Numbered from the stretch's first letter, positions 27,009-43,348 are shown. The stretch: 64,000 nucleotides of DNA from Eledone cirrhosa (GCA_964016885.1 OZ024740.1:110484001-110548000), one strand, 5' to 3'. Made by a program: numbers and translations. Notes: generated by a model from the sequence alone, not told the origin.

Positions 27009-28080
27009 TCCTGACCGGTGAACCGGTGTGGCTGTCGTTTGTGAGACAAGCTCTTCCACAACTCGTCTCACTAACAGAGCTGCAGTCCTGGCTCAAGCGA
27101 AGACCGAAAATGGGTGCCTGGCACCTCGAGTGCCTACAGGCGCTCACAACCCTCTACCAAGCGGAAACGGCAATCAGCGGAGACTCTACTTCGACATTCT
27201 ATAGGGGATTAGTTGAGGATAAGTGCGACGACGTTCTCGGGGAAACTCTAGGCATCGAGGAGGACGAACTAACCGGTCTGTTCGGGAGGACTTTCCGTCC
27301 AGGATAACTTCCAAAGGTCTCTGGCCTGGCAGTGCTACCGAGGAGCTCTACCAGTTCGAGACAAAACCTACAGGCACGGACGCCCTGGCAGAGATCCTGC
27401 CAAAAGGACCTGTCCAAGATATGAGCAGGACATCGAAATCGTTCTGCACGCAATTGTTCAGTGCCCAGGGGTGACCGACCTGTGGAATTATATCGAACAG
27501 CTGCTGTCACGTGTGGGACGCATCCAGTTGTCAGCCAAGTCCATCGTGAGGATCACCCCGCCGCCTTCATTTAAGAACGAAGGAGAGGCGGTTTTCCTCT
27601 GTCTGGTGGCTATGGCGAAAGAGGTAATATGGTGGACGAGGTTAAAAGGACTGAGGGCAAACACCTTTCTCTCCGGACAACAACTTATCCCCTTCTTTAA
27701 GTACCACTTCAGAAGGAAGGTGAGAGTGGAGAGAGAGGTGCTACACCCCAGTAAATTCGCTGAAAGGTGGGTGAATGTGGCGAAAATGGCCCGAGTGAAT
27801 GGGCGTTATCTGTATATAAACCTGTAGGTTGAGGAAGATAAACAGAGGGAAGACAGGAACACCTACAAAACGTGTTCCTGGTGTTGAGGGTTGTTCTATC
27901 CACGGGGTGTAAAACAACCGTGCAGCAACCTTCCTCCCCCCTATTGGGGATTTCAATTGTTATTTTATTATATATAGTTTATTGTTATTTATTAATGTTA
28001 AAGTTATTTTTATGTAAAACCCCCGCGTCACGTCTTGTAATGTCCCATTTTTGTACGCCCCTGTGGCAAATAAAGAAAGA
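27009..28080 (+). mobile_element. 5'-truncated L1/Tx1-clade LINE (ORF2 C-terminus with zf-RVT-like CCHC), frameshifted, 21-bp TSD
   Basis: FQRSLAWQCYRGALPVRDK...CPR...VLHAIVQCP...LW...AKEVIWWTR; aataaa near the 3' end; TSD tatctatgtattagagtgtat at 26988-27008 and 28081-28101. Confidence 0.85.
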
Positions 28081-28411
28081 TATCTATGTATTAGAGTGTA
28101 TATGCGCATGTCTGCATGCGTGTATGTGCGGGTGTATAAATACATATCTATCTATCAATCAATATATCTGTGCTTATATAATATGGCATTAATCATCTAA
28201 ATATATATGAGTGTGGGTGCATGTGGATGGGTGTACATATCATTATCATCATCATCATCATCTTCGTCTTTTTAACGTCTGGTTTCCCTGCTATATACAC
28301 ATACATACACACAAACATGGATACATAAATACATAAATACAAACATGCATATGTATATATATATATATATGTGTGTGTGTATATATATACATATATATAT
28401 ATACATATATA

Positions 28412-28501
<90 letters not shown>

Positions 28502-29263
28502 TACATATGCGTGTTGGTATTACATATACATACATACACTATTATACATACATACATTATCACTACATACATATATATATACTACATATATATATATATA
28601 CATACATAAATAAACACATACATACATACGTACGTACATACACACATAATGTATATACAAACTACATAATTACATATATATATATATATATACATAATTA
28701 TATATACACACATACTACATACGTATATACATACATACTACATACACACATACATAATCCATATATTCATTTAATCATGTTTAAGTTTCAGTCTCTCGTT
28801 GTAGTGTGAGAGAGCGTAGGTGGCTGAGTTGAGAGATCGGACGTTCGTATCATATTACTGGCTGTGCATTGCAATAATGACCAAGGGCATTTACTTTGTG
28901 TGATTGTGTCTATCAAAATCAGAATCAGATACTGCAAGATGTATAAATTATTATGGTATATAGTGACAGCACTTACTGTAATAAAATATATTACCTTCAA
29001 TAGAGCTGAGGTAGATCATATATAGATGTCTCTTTATAAAAAATTGGGTTATCAAAATATACCAACCACCAGTGAAGTCATTCTACCCATAGGGGACCTT
29101 GAGCCAGTCATCTGTGAAACGTGCGTAACTGGTCGATGATCAATAAAAATATGTCAACGAAACTGCATCACCTTTTCTTAATATATACACCCTGCCTGTA
29201 CATAGAGTGTACATATTGGTACCATCGTTAGTAAGTCACTGAATCACCCATATATATATATAA

Positions 29264-29337
<74 letters not shown>

Positions 29338-29912
29338 AGTAAAAGTGTCAGGATCCCGACAGCTGAGCTCCGGCTGTTTCGACAGCTATATATATATATG
29401 CGTCTCGAGTTCAATCGGGGTTAACCACAGTAAGTAAGGTATTCAATGCATTAGTAGAGTGTATACAACACATTTAATATAGAAATGGCTTTTACAGCAC
29501 TCGAACTGATGATTTCCTTCGAATCAAATAGTCCTCGTCCTAGTTCTACTTATACAGATTCCATCGCCCATATTTCAATCATAAGGCATTGGTTAACCCA
29601 TAGCTAAAGTAGACAATTCGTGTTGAAGGTGCTGCGAGGCGAATCTGAACCCAGAACCATATAATTGTCAAACGAAATCCTTACCTCACAGCCATGCCTT
29701 TAATGAACTATTTTCAAACTGAATAACGTTGTAAGAAATTCATGTCTACAGTGTTGATTCCATACAAACGTGACATATGACAGCTCACCATCTCGGATTT
29801 TATACAAGAGATAAAAAAAAAGTGATCATATGTTTGAATGACAAGATTAATACCAAGTTTTTTGTTTTCTGAATACTCGACCAAACACGCCCCCCCCCCC
29901 ACATATATACAG

Positions 29913-29944
<32 letters not shown>

Positions 29945-29955
29945 AATATACATAC

Positions 29956-29986
<31 letters not shown>

Positions 29987-29991
29987 AATAC

Positions 29992-30111
<120 letters not shown>

Positions 30112-30217
30112 GTGTTTACCTATGATATGCGGCCCTACAGTCTGTCAACTTCTTACAGATAAAAATCTGTTAACTGCCGGTTTACATACGGGAATTCTTT
30201 CAACAGGGATGTGTCAT

Positions 30218-30275
<58 letters not shown>

Positions 30276-30299
30276 TATATATACACATATATATATATT

Positions 30300-30353
<54 letters not shown>

Positions 30354-30361
30354 TATATATT

Positions 30362-30437
<76 letters not shown>

Positions 30438-30445
30438 TATATATT

Positions 30446-30483
<38 letters not shown>

Positions 30484-30677
30484 TATTCGTGTGCAAGTGT
30501 GTGTGTCTGTGGAGTCTAATGCAGATGTTTGCAAATATGTGTATGCGTGCCCATGACCGATTCGATGTTCGTAGGTTGATAAGTTCATAGGTTCATAGGT
30601 GTTTCTACATATGTGCATGTTTGTAATACATAATCGTGTGTATATATATATATATGTATGTATATATGTATATATAC

Positions 30678-30827
<150 letters not shown>

Positions 30828-30889
30828 TTATCCGTAGTGTTGTAATATGAAAATTATACACAGTAGATGGACAGCTCACGTAGGGTTTG

Positions 30890-30946
<57 letters not shown>

Positions 30947-30978
30947 TTCATACTTATATACATATATATATATATATA

Positions 30979-31023
<45 letters not shown>

Positions 31024-32245
31024 ATAAATACGTTTATATATTACTAACAAGCACACATGTAGAAATATATGTATTTTTATATGTGTATGTGTGTAAATAT
31101 GTGGGTATAGGTGTGCTTAATATATACATATCTCCACCACCACCACCACCATCACCACCATCACCACCAAAACCACTACCACCAAAACCACCACCACCAC
31201 CACCAAAACTACCACCACCACCACCACAAATATATATTATAGGACATATAGAAGAAAGGAAATTTTAGAAAGCGATGAAGAATAATAAAATAAGTCTAAT
31301 GCAATGTCGATGAGAAGAAGAAGAGGAGACATGGAGGAGATGACGTAACGGATTAAAAGAAGAAAATGAACAAAAATAAGAGACAAGATAGGGCTTTGTT
31401 GTGTAGTTGTAATGGTTATCTTTGTTGCTTTTTATATTTCACTTCGGTTCCGTCGGTATCGTCTGCATTTACGCTGATGTGTCGTCACTGCTGTGTTAAT
31501 GGCTCAACAGACGATAGTTGGACGACCATGTTTTTATGGCGTGCTGCCTTCTCAAATATTGGTTCATGACAAATTTGATTGGCAAGAGAAGTAACTCGAA
31601 CCGACCAAGGAAGACATCGACGACAGTGTCAACCAAATACTGCCGTCGCCGCCACCACCATGGCCGCCATCAACATCTACACCTCCATCACCACCACCAT
31701 TAACATCTACACTTTCACCACCACCACCACCAACAACAACAACACTATCACCACCATCATTAAAATCGACACCACCACTACTATTACCCCCATTAACATC
31801 TACACCACCATCACCACCAACACCACACCATCATCATTAACATCGAGACCACCACCACTACTACCACCATTGACATCTACACCACCACCAACCACCACTA
31901 CCACCACCACCACCACTACCACCACCACCACCACCACCACCACCATCACCACCAACAACACCATCACCACCATCATTAGCATCGACACCACCACTACTAC
32001 TACGACCATAAACATCGACACCAACACCAGCGCCACCACCATCACCTCCACGACGACGAGACAACCATCACCACAACCACGATTACAACCACGACCACAA
32101 CCAAACCACCACCACCACCACTACCACCATCACCACCACCACTACCACCATCACCACCACCACCACCCCGACGAAGACGACCACTACCACCACCACCCAC
32201 ATTTTATCATCGTAAGTTTCGTAGAAAGAAAAACGGGTAAGTTGA

Positions 32246-32324
<79 letters not shown>

Positions 32325-32733
32325 ACAAAGAAACAAAAAAACCCCCCAAAATCAAAAAAAAAACAAAAAAAAACAAAAAATAAAATAAAGAATAAAAGAA
32401 TAAATGAAAATAAGAATATATCGACGTGTGATCCCATAAATCAATAGCAAGCAATATGGTCGGATTGTCAATGTAAGCTTTAAATGAATTTCTTATATTT
32501 GTTTTTCTTCCACTTTCCGATTAGATATATCCGGATCCATTTCTGATAATACGTTTTCCACTCAAGCATTAACAAACTTGAGTCTTCGTCCCAACGTTTT
32601 TTACGCGTAAATATACTGGGACAAACCAACAATGATAATATTATATGAATAAACAAAGAACTAAATAATGGAAGAAATAAAGAAAGAACAAAGTCCATCC
32701 TTCTACGTAAGAACATAAGAACATTCTCGGGCG

Positions 32734-32796
<63 letters not shown>

Positions 32797-32960
32797 CGTT
32801 ACTGGAATCACACCTACGGATAATGCTACACGCACTCACAAACATGCTCTCTCACACACACACACACACATATGTATATATTCATTTATGTATATATATC
32901 TATACGTATGTATTTATATTTATATATAGCCTTATATAATATATAGCCCTATATGTACAT

Positions 32961-33040
<80 letters not shown>

Positions 33041-33512
33041 CATATCCCTATAGAGTCTGTGTACCGAAAAATGTTTCGCAATGATAGGATACGGGACGTA
33101 GTTAAAATCCAGATAATGGTTTATAGTGTACTTTTGAAACGTACGAATGGAACGTAATATAATGACGTTCAGAGAAATATTGAATGAAAGACAAAGAACG
33201 CTAAGTGAAATATTGCAGAAGCTCATATTGAAGTGTTGTAGTTAAGTATCTGTAAATAAGGAGATCTTGAGTAGAGTGAGTTAGAGTTGATATTTTAATA
33301 AAGACTGCTAGTTAGATAGTTTATATAGTAATTGTTTCTACTTTAGGCACAAGGCCAGCAATTACCCAGTGCGTTACTGGTGGCAGATCATGGCTACTTC
33401 TGACCGTCGAAACATATTACGTTTATGAGAATTTGTATGTATACATATTTACATACATAAATACATACATACACACATACACACATATATACACATATAT
33501 ATATATATACAT

Positions 33513-33561
<49 letters not shown>

Positions 33562-33776
33562 AAAAAGTATGACCCCGACGGCAGAGCTCAAGCCGTTTCG
33601 ACGGCTATTTCTGGTGGACTGAATGAAAATGCTATTTTTTGTCCAGAAATAGCCGTCGAAACGGCTTGAGCTCTGCCGTCGGGGTCATACTTTTTCCTAT
33701 TACCCACTCTACTACCCTAAGTATTGAGTACTCTGGTGCGTTATGGTCCATCTGGTTCCTTACCACATTTCCTTCG

Positions 33777-33808
<32 letters not shown>

Positions 33809-33838
33809 CGAAGGAAATGTGGTAAGGAACCAGATGGA

Positions 33839-33883
<45 letters not shown>

Positions 33884-33960
33884 TAAGTTATTCCGGGTTG
33901 AGTCGGAGGTAACCACACTAAGTAAGGTACTCAATACATAGTAGAGTATAAATATATGGT

Positions 33961-34072
33961 GAAGGCGCGTGGCTTAGAGAATTGGATTCGCAATCGGGAG
34001 GTTGTGAGTTCGATTCCGGGACTGGGCGATGCGTTATGTCCTTGAGCAAGACACTTTATTTTACGTTGCTCC
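33961..34072 (+). mobile_element. tRNA-derived SINE of a second family, 5' part
   Basis: A-box-like gtggcttag, B-box gagttcgattcc, then gtccttgagcaagacact. Confidence 0.6.
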
Positions 34073-34147
34073 TTTTACCTGAAGTTGCGACCGATAGATA
34101 GTATTAGTAATTGGAAAGGCCAATGGAAACATTTTGACGATTCGATT

Positions 34148-34193
<46 letters not shown>

Positions 34194-35331
34194 TGAGAGA
34201 GAGAAAATTGAAAGATAGTGAGAATGTGATATATATATATATATTATATATTCAGGGTTTTTCTCGGAATGTGAGCCGAACAAAAACAAGGGGATAGTTT
34301 AGGGATTGTAACGCCAAGTTATCATTGGTTCACCAATTTGAGCACTCGATGTGTAGTTATATCCTCTCCTGCATGTACTTTGAGGTTGTACTAATCATAG
34401 TGTAATAGTAATAATAAGTAGGGATGAGGTGTCAAATTATCATTTCGTTTATTCAAGTGTGACGCGCATTTCGCAATTGATTAGCTCAAGTTTCGATCTC
34501 TATTGATCGGGCCCAACTCTGGAATCAAAAGCTCATCAGACTTCTGTTTGCTTGATGACTGAATGTCTCCCAGCTTTAAAAGATGTCAATGATGGAAACG
34601 AATGTGACAATTAAAATGCATGTTTCGCAAGAATTACCAAAACAACACGTGTAAATATTGGGTTGTCAAGTATGAAATTTGTAAACATTTGTAGAAAAAA
34701 CCCCCCAAATTTATACAAATTTCATACTTGACGAACCAATAGATTAGGGAGGTTTCATTCTATTGATTTCACGCATTATGTATGATTTGGGGGATGAACA
34801 CATAATTATGTAATTTATATTTTGTGCGTATCATTTACGTACCTGTAAATTTATAGAGATTCAGATATTGTAGATTTTGATATATACGGCAACACCTTAG
34901 TGGACCTATTTAAGCATGCGAAAATATTGTTTTGAAGATTTAATTAAATCTATTCTCATCCACATCTAGATGTGAGTTCGATTCCGTTCTCATTCATTTG
35001 GGGTGGTCAGTGTTTCTTTGTTTTGATTGGTTGATTTGGTAAAATAAAAACATGTGAAGAGGTGGGAGAGGGGAAGAAAAGATGTAGAAATAAAAATGGG
35101 ATTGGGAGGCTGAATGAATGGTCGTGGGGTACATACTGTGGAAAAGGTGGGGATGGAGTGAAGTATTGACCATTTTGACACTATATATATATATATAGGA
35201 TAACAAGGTACCCTATCTAACGATCAGCGGCTTTTAGTCTCACCTGATTAATGAAACAATTGTTAATACTGCAAATAAACCCTTTTTGTACAGCCGACCA
35301 TGTTATTCTTAATTCTTTTACAACACACACT

Positions 35332-35387
<56 letters not shown>

Positions 35388-36209
35388 GAGAGAGAGAGAG
35401 AGAGAAAGAGAGTGAGGGAGGGAGAGTGATAGGGGAGAGAGAAAGAGAGAGAGAGAAAGAGAGAGAGAGAAAGAGAGAGCGATCATTATCACATATGTAT
35501 GCTACATTGAATCTCCCTGAAAACTACGTGAAGGGTAAACGGGTCTGTGAAATATCAGCCACGGGCACATTATTTTCATAAATAGGATTCTTCGATGCTC
35601 GAACAACTGGAATACTCATCGTAGGAAACGACAGAGATCCAACACACACACACATACACAAATACTCACACATATACACGCACACACATACACACGCACG
35701 CACGCACACACATACACACTCACAACGCATATGTGTATGTAGTATATGTGGTTGTCAAGCGCACTCAAAATTTAAAAAATATGGAAACGTTTAGACGCAA
35801 AATGAAATTATTACATGTGGTGCACAATACATAGTGTTGAATATAAATTTAAAATTAATATGCCCTCTAGCTGTTTTAGCACAACAAACCCACGGAATTA
35901 TACCCACCACCACACTCACTTTTTTAACTAGAAGTATTGAAATTTAAATGTTAATCTGCAGATACAATTTAAACCCCACTGGTAGCAGTTTATAACAGCA
36001 CAAAAATTACTGAATTGAGGAATCCTTACACGTGTAAAAGTTTTACCATGAACTCTCACTTCCGCTTTAAGGTATCGAGAAAACTTTGTTTCAAACATAT
36101 ATGTGAGTATGTGTATGTTTATATGTGCGTATGCTTTTGTGTATTAGTATGATTTCTATATACATCTCTTTTTCGTTCTCTTTCTCTCTAACTCTGTCTA
36201 GCCCTCTGT

Positions 36210-36362
<153 letters not shown>

Positions 36363-36425
36363 TACATACATATATATATATAAAAGAAATAAAAAAACGC
36401 CTACATACTCATACAATTTTTATTC

Positions 36426-36470
36426 GCTGACAATGTTTCATCCATACCGTGGGGCAGGATTCATCAGAGC
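36426..36470 (-). ncRNA. Type-I hammerhead ribozyme (family F)
   Basis: Minus strand gct-CTGATGA-atcc tgccccacggtat ggat-GAAA-cattg-TC-agc; GUC triplet; stem I only 3 bp. Confidence 0.65.
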
Positions 36471-36914
36471 TTTATAAACAAAAATATAGTGCCAGAACAT
36501 TAGATATACAGTACAGGATAATAAGAGGGAGATTGGAAATGGGAAGAATGGAGAGAATGCGTAATGGGGTTGTTATTCAACATTACAGCTACATATGAGG
36601 ATATAGGCAGATTTTCTCACAAGAGACGGAGGCACACAGAAACAAATAAAGCATTTAAAGATAGTTAAACAAATATTATAATAATAATAAAGTAAAAGAA
36701 AAATAATAATATAAAAAGACAAATAAATAATTAAAAAATTAAAGAAAAAAAAAAGAAAAGGGGGGAGAATAGGGACTAAGGCATGCGAAAGCAGACAAAA
36801 GCAAAAGAGGAAGTTATGCATTGGTCACTATATAGAACAGGTGAGTTAGTTTCCCATGACTTAGAGTCATAGAAATACTATGAGACCCCTAAGGTACCTT
36901 CAGAAAGTACAAAG

Positions 36915-37145
36915 GGGATTTTATTCCTCACCATAGTATAATCAGGGTTTACTAGCAGGTTACGGAACTACGTGGACCAGGAGTGCTAAACCTGCACATA
37001 GACAGGCACCAGATCAATACAAGCCAAACACAGACAAAGCGGGATAAATACATGATTAAGCTGAAGCAAATATTACACAACAAATATGGTTTAGTCCCTG
37101 TATAAGGCACATCTGGCGAGGAGTCACAACATATGTATATCAGCC
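36915..37145 (+). mobile_element. Decayed Penelope-like RT-thumb/linker fragment, inverted relative to the adjacent hammerhead
   Basis: YNQGLLAGY and QIWFSP resemble [10 protein letters not shown] and NIIWFAPP in the 41036-42628 ORF. Confidence 0.35.
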
Positions 37146-37149
37146 GTAC

Positions 37150-37243
<94 letters not shown>

Positions 37244-37392
37244 TTACAATTTATTTTCGATTTATATTTCAGATATAGCAAATGGTACTGGTGATAAAGT
37301 TACTATATCTTTATATCTTTAAATGGTAAATCCATTTATGGGCCAACCGGTGTATGTAATGACAAAACTCACTGAAATATGCACACACACAC

Positions 37393-37452
<60 letters not shown>

Positions 37453-37684
37453 TGTGTGTGTGTCCCCCAGGTTAGATATGAGGTAACCACAGTAAGTAAG
37501 GTACTCAATACATTAGAGGAGGGTAAACATCAAATTTAATATAGAAATGGCTTCTACAGGACTAAAACTGTTACACTCGAAAGAAATCATCAGGAATTCA
37601 CAGGGTTTTCCTGATCATTTCTTTCGAATGAAATAGTTCTAGTCCTATAGAAGCCATGTGTATATTAAATTATATATATATATA

Positions 37685-37784
<100 letters not shown>

Positions 37785-39490
37785 AACCAGTAAGACCCCG
37801 ACAGCTGAGCTCAAGCCGTTTCGACGGCTAATTCTGGACTAAATGAAAATTTATCCTGGTATTTAAATAGCCGATCTTCTCAAGGGGTAATTCCATATAT
37901 GGTCAAAGTGATTGTCAAAAATCAGTAGTAATTCTGTGGTTGCAAATTAGTAGGGGAGATGGTGGCTAAACCTGCCAGTAGGAGAAAGAGGGGAGGGGGT
38001 GGAGTAGCCCCAATCAAGCGTTTGTAGTGCCAGCTACAGCTGGGCGTGAGGTCAAAGAATATACAGGGGTGGCGGAGGGGGAGGAAGTCGGAACGGTAGG
38101 TAGAACAATGGGGGGTAGAAATATATAGGAAAGAAAAAATACTGAGAGTGAAGAAAAGCAAATAAGTGTAAAGAAAAACAAATGAGTGTAAAGAAAAAAG
38201 TAAAGTAAATTAAATTCTACGACCTAGGTCTCTAGCTATTGTTAGTCTAGAATAAATAAATAAAGAAAGAAAGAAGTAAAGAAATAAATAAAGAAATAAC
38301 GAAATAAGTAAAAGAACTAGGTGGGACGGATTAGGCGAGGACCCTTTTAAGAGGTATAAGTACGTAAATGATACGGTGACGGGTCAACAAAAGGGGCCAA
38401 AATACTAAAGAGACTACCACGAAATAAACAATAAAGGTTTCCATCCCGGGCACAATTCCGGCAACCACCCAGTGCAGCAAAGTGAACTAATACGAGATAA
38501 TAATTCTGAGTCCCGAGAAAAATATATACTAATGCTAACTCTAAAAGATCTAAAACAAGCTACATGAAAGTTCGTACGAAGTAAAGGTAGAATACGGAAG
38601 AATAAATTCAGAATCCACCCCGCCCAAAAGAAAAGCGAAGAAAGAAATACTGAAACGAAAAAATAAGGCATAAGTGCCCACATCTGCTACTGCTTGACTT
38701 GAGAACAGTCGAGAATATATAGTTTTCTCGTCCCTGTAAATGAGGTGATTAATCTCATTTGCATATGAAGCCGCATAAGTTGGTTCACCGTGTTTCTTTA
38801 GGAATACGAAATTTCGATACATATTTGAATATAGCTATGCTTGAAACTAAATCCTATTTCTATTCTATTATAAGTTGAGTCAACTTATGCAGCTTCATAT
38901 GCAAATGCGATTAATCACCTTATAACCATTTAATTTTTTCACTACACACACACGCGCACACACACATAAAACACACCCCTAACACATGTATATATATATT
39001 AATATGCATATGTTCAATGTAGTATGTGTGTAACTTGTACCGTTAGTTTCGCCTTATGATTTGGGTATTACGCTTCATTGTTTCATTCACGCATAACATA
39101 CTTTGTTTAATGATATTCCTTTATTCTTTCACTATTACAGGTTTCTGTAATTGGTCAGGGGCCAAGCTGTGTCACTACCCTCAATGATTTACTTGTTTAT
39201 ATCTACCTAAGTACACAGTTTTCCAGATTGCTACTTATTTTATCGTTTCTCCTTCCTAAATCAAAGTATGACTGAACTTGGATCTTGTAGAAAGTACGTA
39301 GCCCCTTAATTTATACGCTACAGATAATTACGATACTGGCGGCTAGAAAAATCTGTGAGTCATTAAAATTAAATTTAAAGGATCAACGGTTGCAGGAAGA
39401 ATCACAAATAGAACATGGCGCTTTTCCATTACAACTTTGACACAGAGCAGTGTATCCGTCAAATAAAATGCTAAAAATCCAACCCAGGAA

Positions 39491-39581
<91 letters not shown>

Positions 39582-39623
39582 GATATTAAACAAATGGAAA
39601 CTGTATTTATAAAACCATATTTA

Positions 39624-39685
39624 TTTCATTATACATATTTCAGGGATACCATATTAAAAATATGGCATGCCTTCTTCAGATAAAA
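39624..39685 (-). ncRNA. Type-I hammerhead ribozyme (family D variant)
   Basis: Minus strand ttttat-CTGAAGA-aggcatgccatatttttaatatggtatccct-GAAA-tatgta-TA-atgaaa; stem II sequence differs from the other copies but still pairs. Confidence 0.75.
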
Positions 39686-41035
39686 TACAATATATAAGCA
39701 GTTATATAGATAAATTTGACGTACCATAGAATATTGATCAACTTCCATTTAAAAAAGTTGGTTTGGTAGTGAGATGTTTGTAAATATTTAGTGTTAAGTA
39801 CAGTTAGAAAAGAAAGACGGAGAGAAGGAGTAAATGTATGTAAAGAAAACCAAAGAGAGATAGAGAGAGATATGGGAGAGAGAAATAGTGAGGAGGTGAA
39901 AAATGAGAGGCAGCTGAGGTAACAGATGAATAATAATAATTCAACATGCAAAATGAGAGATTTAGGGGGAGGGAGTACTGTAATTATTTATTTATTTATT
40001 TATTTAGTTATAGTGTTAAGGAGACGGAGAAAAATAAAAAATAAAAAATAACTAAAGAGAAAACAGCGATACATAGATTACATCATGTATAGAGGGAGGA
40101 GAAGAAAGCTATATCTAGATAGAAAGATGACAGATTTACAACTTTACGTTATGTTCTATCAATTTGAATTATCAATTTATATGAATTGGGTATTATACTG
40201 TAGATATCAATATTCATGAATGAGACATAGATATATAATGTGTGAAAAATAATGACCATATGTTTAGTTTAAAAATTCTTAGGTTGATATATCAAAAACC
40301 TGAGATAAAACTTCAAATACATAAGTATATATGTACTTTCCGGAAAAAGAAAGAAAGAGAAAAAGAGAAGGTCATCTCAAGTTCTAGTTGGCACTATAGA
40401 TATACACGTGAGCATACGTGATCAGCTCTGTAATTTCTCATTTCACATGAAAACATTTTCCCTTGCGTTATAAAAGATTTTACTATATATATATATATAT
40501 ATATATACATACATACACATACATAAAAATATAAAATATATATTAATATTAATATTCCTGCCCTCACATACATGATTATCGTTCATGTATAGAATAGACA
40601 ACAGATATCAATATATCAAAACGCTAACAATACTTTCATCACTCCCTAGAGTGTCTAGGGCCTTAAAAAACAGTATGCCCCCCCATATCAACCACAGAAA
40701 TCAACCCTTCCAATTTATCTGACAATATATTGCCAAGTTCATTAGAAGCAATCAGAATCAAAAGCAAACAAAAAACCAAAATTATTCAACAAGACTTATT
40801 TAGCAGAAATCATTTAGGAGACCCTGTTGTTCTACAGATGCTCTTATATTTAATATAGAAGTTTATCTAGCGTAAAATTTATTCAATAGATTGGGAGCAT
40901 CAACATTTAAGGGTAGTTTAATTACATCATTAGTATATATTTATGAAGAAGGTTTAAAAAAGAAAAAGTTGAAGGAATCGAAAGATTTATCGTCGTGTTT
41001 CATAATTAATTAAATAAATATCTTAACTAAATAAA

Positions 41036-42628
41036 CTACGTTTTAAATTTATATTTATATTTAAACGTTGAGTTCAATCTATGTCTGCAGCAACTGAATA
41101 AATTGCTCCTTAGATTAGGGGAATTTTTAGATTTTAATATAAAGAATATCTCCTCCACGCAGAGGTCACATGTCTCAGATGAGGAATTAAAAGGAATCCC
41201 TCTTGAGACTATATTCCAAAATAACGAATATCCAACGTTATCATGTTTAAGTTGCCAGAGTAAGCCTGATAGTGAAGTTGAAGATTTTTTGCCTGGATCT
41301 GTGAAAGAATTCTTATGATTATTATAGCGAAGTTTAAATTCTGTCGAGGTGGAACCAACATAGTTAAAAGAATTTAAGTCAGTTTTAACATTACAATTGT
41401 ATATTATATTTTTAACTAAGCAATTGTTATTTAACGGACATTTAGATTTATTTCTACAGTTACAGTTATTTAGTTGAATATTATTTAGGCTATTATCGGT
41501 ATTTTGGCTAGGTTTTAGATTCCTATTATTTATTCTGTTAATATTTTGTGCTAAGTTTTTGGTGGACGAGTAAGTTAATTTTATAGTATGTCTATTAAAA
41601 ATTGAGTGATATTTATGTGTTCTAGGGAAGCGTTTGTCAAGAGCATTAAAAAATAGTTTAGCAATGTGGGTTTTAATATTTAGTGAGAAAGGGGGGGCAA
41701 ACCATATTATATTTCTAGTTCTATTTCTTTTCTGGCTTTTGGAATTATTGTAATGTTTTCTATTATAGTTGTTAAAGTTGTTACCGTAATTAAAATTGTT
41801 GTTATATTGGTTAGTTTGCCTATTATTATCGATGCACATAATTTTATCACTATATACTGCTCTAGCTAACGCTTCATTGTAATACTGCGCTTTTTCGTCG
41901 AAAATATTTTTATTAGATGAAATTTTTGAGATACGTTCTTGAACAGAGTTCACTATAGTATTTTTAACAGATCTGGGGTGATTAGAGTTAAAACTGACAT
42001 AATTCAAGTTTTCATTTAGTTTGTGAAAAGGATAGTGAAGACATGTGTTGAGATTTAGTGTTACATCTAAGAAATTGACTATTCTATGGTTATTCTCTAT
42101 TTCTATTTTTAGATTAAGGTAATTAAAAAATTGTATAATTTGTTTTCTTTTCCTATTTAGTTCAGAGTTATTATTTTCAATAAGTAAAAGCATGTCATCA
42201 TGATATAATCCTCCGGTTACACCAGGTATTTTTCTATGTAGCGAATTAATTATAAATAGGCCCACAAGGTCCGTTACCTGAGCTGAGTCAGATGATCCCA
42301 TAGTAATGTCGAAATTATTATCTCTATCTGCCCTAGTCCATAGTTGGTTATTAAATTCTATCAATGTTTTCCTTGCCGATAATATAATGTGCATTTCATT
42401 GCTAGTTAGGTCTGTATGTTTGAATGCGTAATTTAGTGCCTTATTTAGTAGATTAGGGGTAATAGATGAATAGTAGTTAGCAATATCTAGTTGAATAAAT
42501 TTATAATTCTTGTTATATTTAATTTCTTTAAACCACTCAATAACCTCACCAGTTCCCTTCCACAAGTTTAAGTTAGGTAAACCATGTAAGTTTTTAACCT
42601 GCTGTATCACCCTGTCTAGAATGTACTT
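41036..42628 (-). CDS. Penelope-like retroelement ORF (RT plus C-terminal GIY-YIG endonuclease, Naiad-like), 5'-truncated at (TA)n; ~530 uninterrupted codons
   Basis: RT motifs [34 protein letters not shown] and [10 protein letters not shown]; linker [11 protein letters not shown]; NIIY...[16 protein letters not shown]; terminal CDLC..E...CRH. The upstream part of the listed 648-aa ORF is TA repeat. Confidence 0.92.
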   Translation of the reverse strand, partial: KYILDRVIQQVKNLHGLPNLNLWKGTGEVIEWFKEIKYNKNYKFIQLDIANYYSSITPNLLNKALNYAFKHTDLTSNEMHIILSARKTLIEFNNQLWTRADRDNNFDITMGSSDSAQVTDLVGLFIINSLHRKIPGVTGGLYHDDMLLLIENNNSELNRKRKQIIQFFNYLNLKIEIENNHRIVNFLDVTLNLNTCLHYPFHKLNENLNYVSFNSNHPRSVKNTIVNSVQERISKISSNKNIFDEKAQYYNEALARAVYSDKIMCIDNNRQTNQYNNNFNYGNNFNNYNRKHYNNSKSQKRNRTRNIIWFAPPFSLNIKTHIAKLFFNALDKRFPRTHKYHSIFNRHTIKLTYSSTKNLAQNINRINNRNLKPSQNTDNSLNNIQLNNCNCRNKSKCPLNNNCLVKNIIYNCNVKTDLNSFNYVGSTSTEFKLRYNNHKNSFTDPGKKSSTSLSGLLWQLKHDNVGYSLFWNIVSRGIPFNSSSETCDLCVEEIFFILKSKNSPNLRSNLFSCCRHRLNSTFKYKYKFKT

Positions 42629-42643
42629 ATATATATATATATA

Positions 42644-42800
<157 letters not shown>

Positions 42801-42827
42801 ATATATATGTATATATATATGTATATA

Positions 42828-42940
<113 letters not shown>

Positions 42941-42968
42941 GGTTGTTTTTTCAATTATTTTCATATTC

Positions 42969-43010
42969 ATTTGCATATTCACACATAAGTTTGAATAATC
43001 CCTAATATAT
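42969..43010 (+). promoter_or_regulatory. Putative octamer (ATTTGCAT), PSE-like and TATA-like module upstream of the family-D hammerhead
   Basis: atttgcat-at-tcacacataagtttgaa...taatatat. Confidence 0.35.
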
Positions 43011-43088
43011 TTCCACTATCCAGTGAATTTCCAACCGATAAGGTATGATTTTCATGGGTACGTCTCTATTTATAAAACAAACTTTGTA

Positions 43089-43148
43089 TTTTATCTGATG
43101 AAAGCGCACCAATGTGTCTTGGTTGCCCTTGAAATATATATAATGAAA
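43089..43148 (+). ncRNA. Type-I hammerhead ribozyme (family D)
   Basis: ttttat-CTGATGA-aagcgcaccaatgtgtcttggttgccctt-GAAA-tatata-TA-atgaaa. Confidence 0.75.
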
Positions 43149-43284
43149 TAAATATGGTTTTATAAATATAGTTTCCATTTATTTAATATCATTGAATATT
43201 TACTCCAGTAAACTGTTGAATGCTCTAAATCAGTTATAAACATTTATATTTGTTGGACTTCAAACAAATTAAATACCCCTTCTA

Positions 43285-43348
<64 letters not shown>

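Noticed and set aside
33557-33842. agccgt-cgaa-acggct hairpin as a ribozyme
   Set aside because: It contains GAAA but no CUGANGA box; recorded only as a repeat family.
37560-37650. Hammerhead-like pair (ctgatga...gtaa and ctgatca...gaaa), related fragment at ~29510
   Set aside because: Each copy has a core lesion and no stem I is visible; treated as decayed and not annotated as ncRNA.
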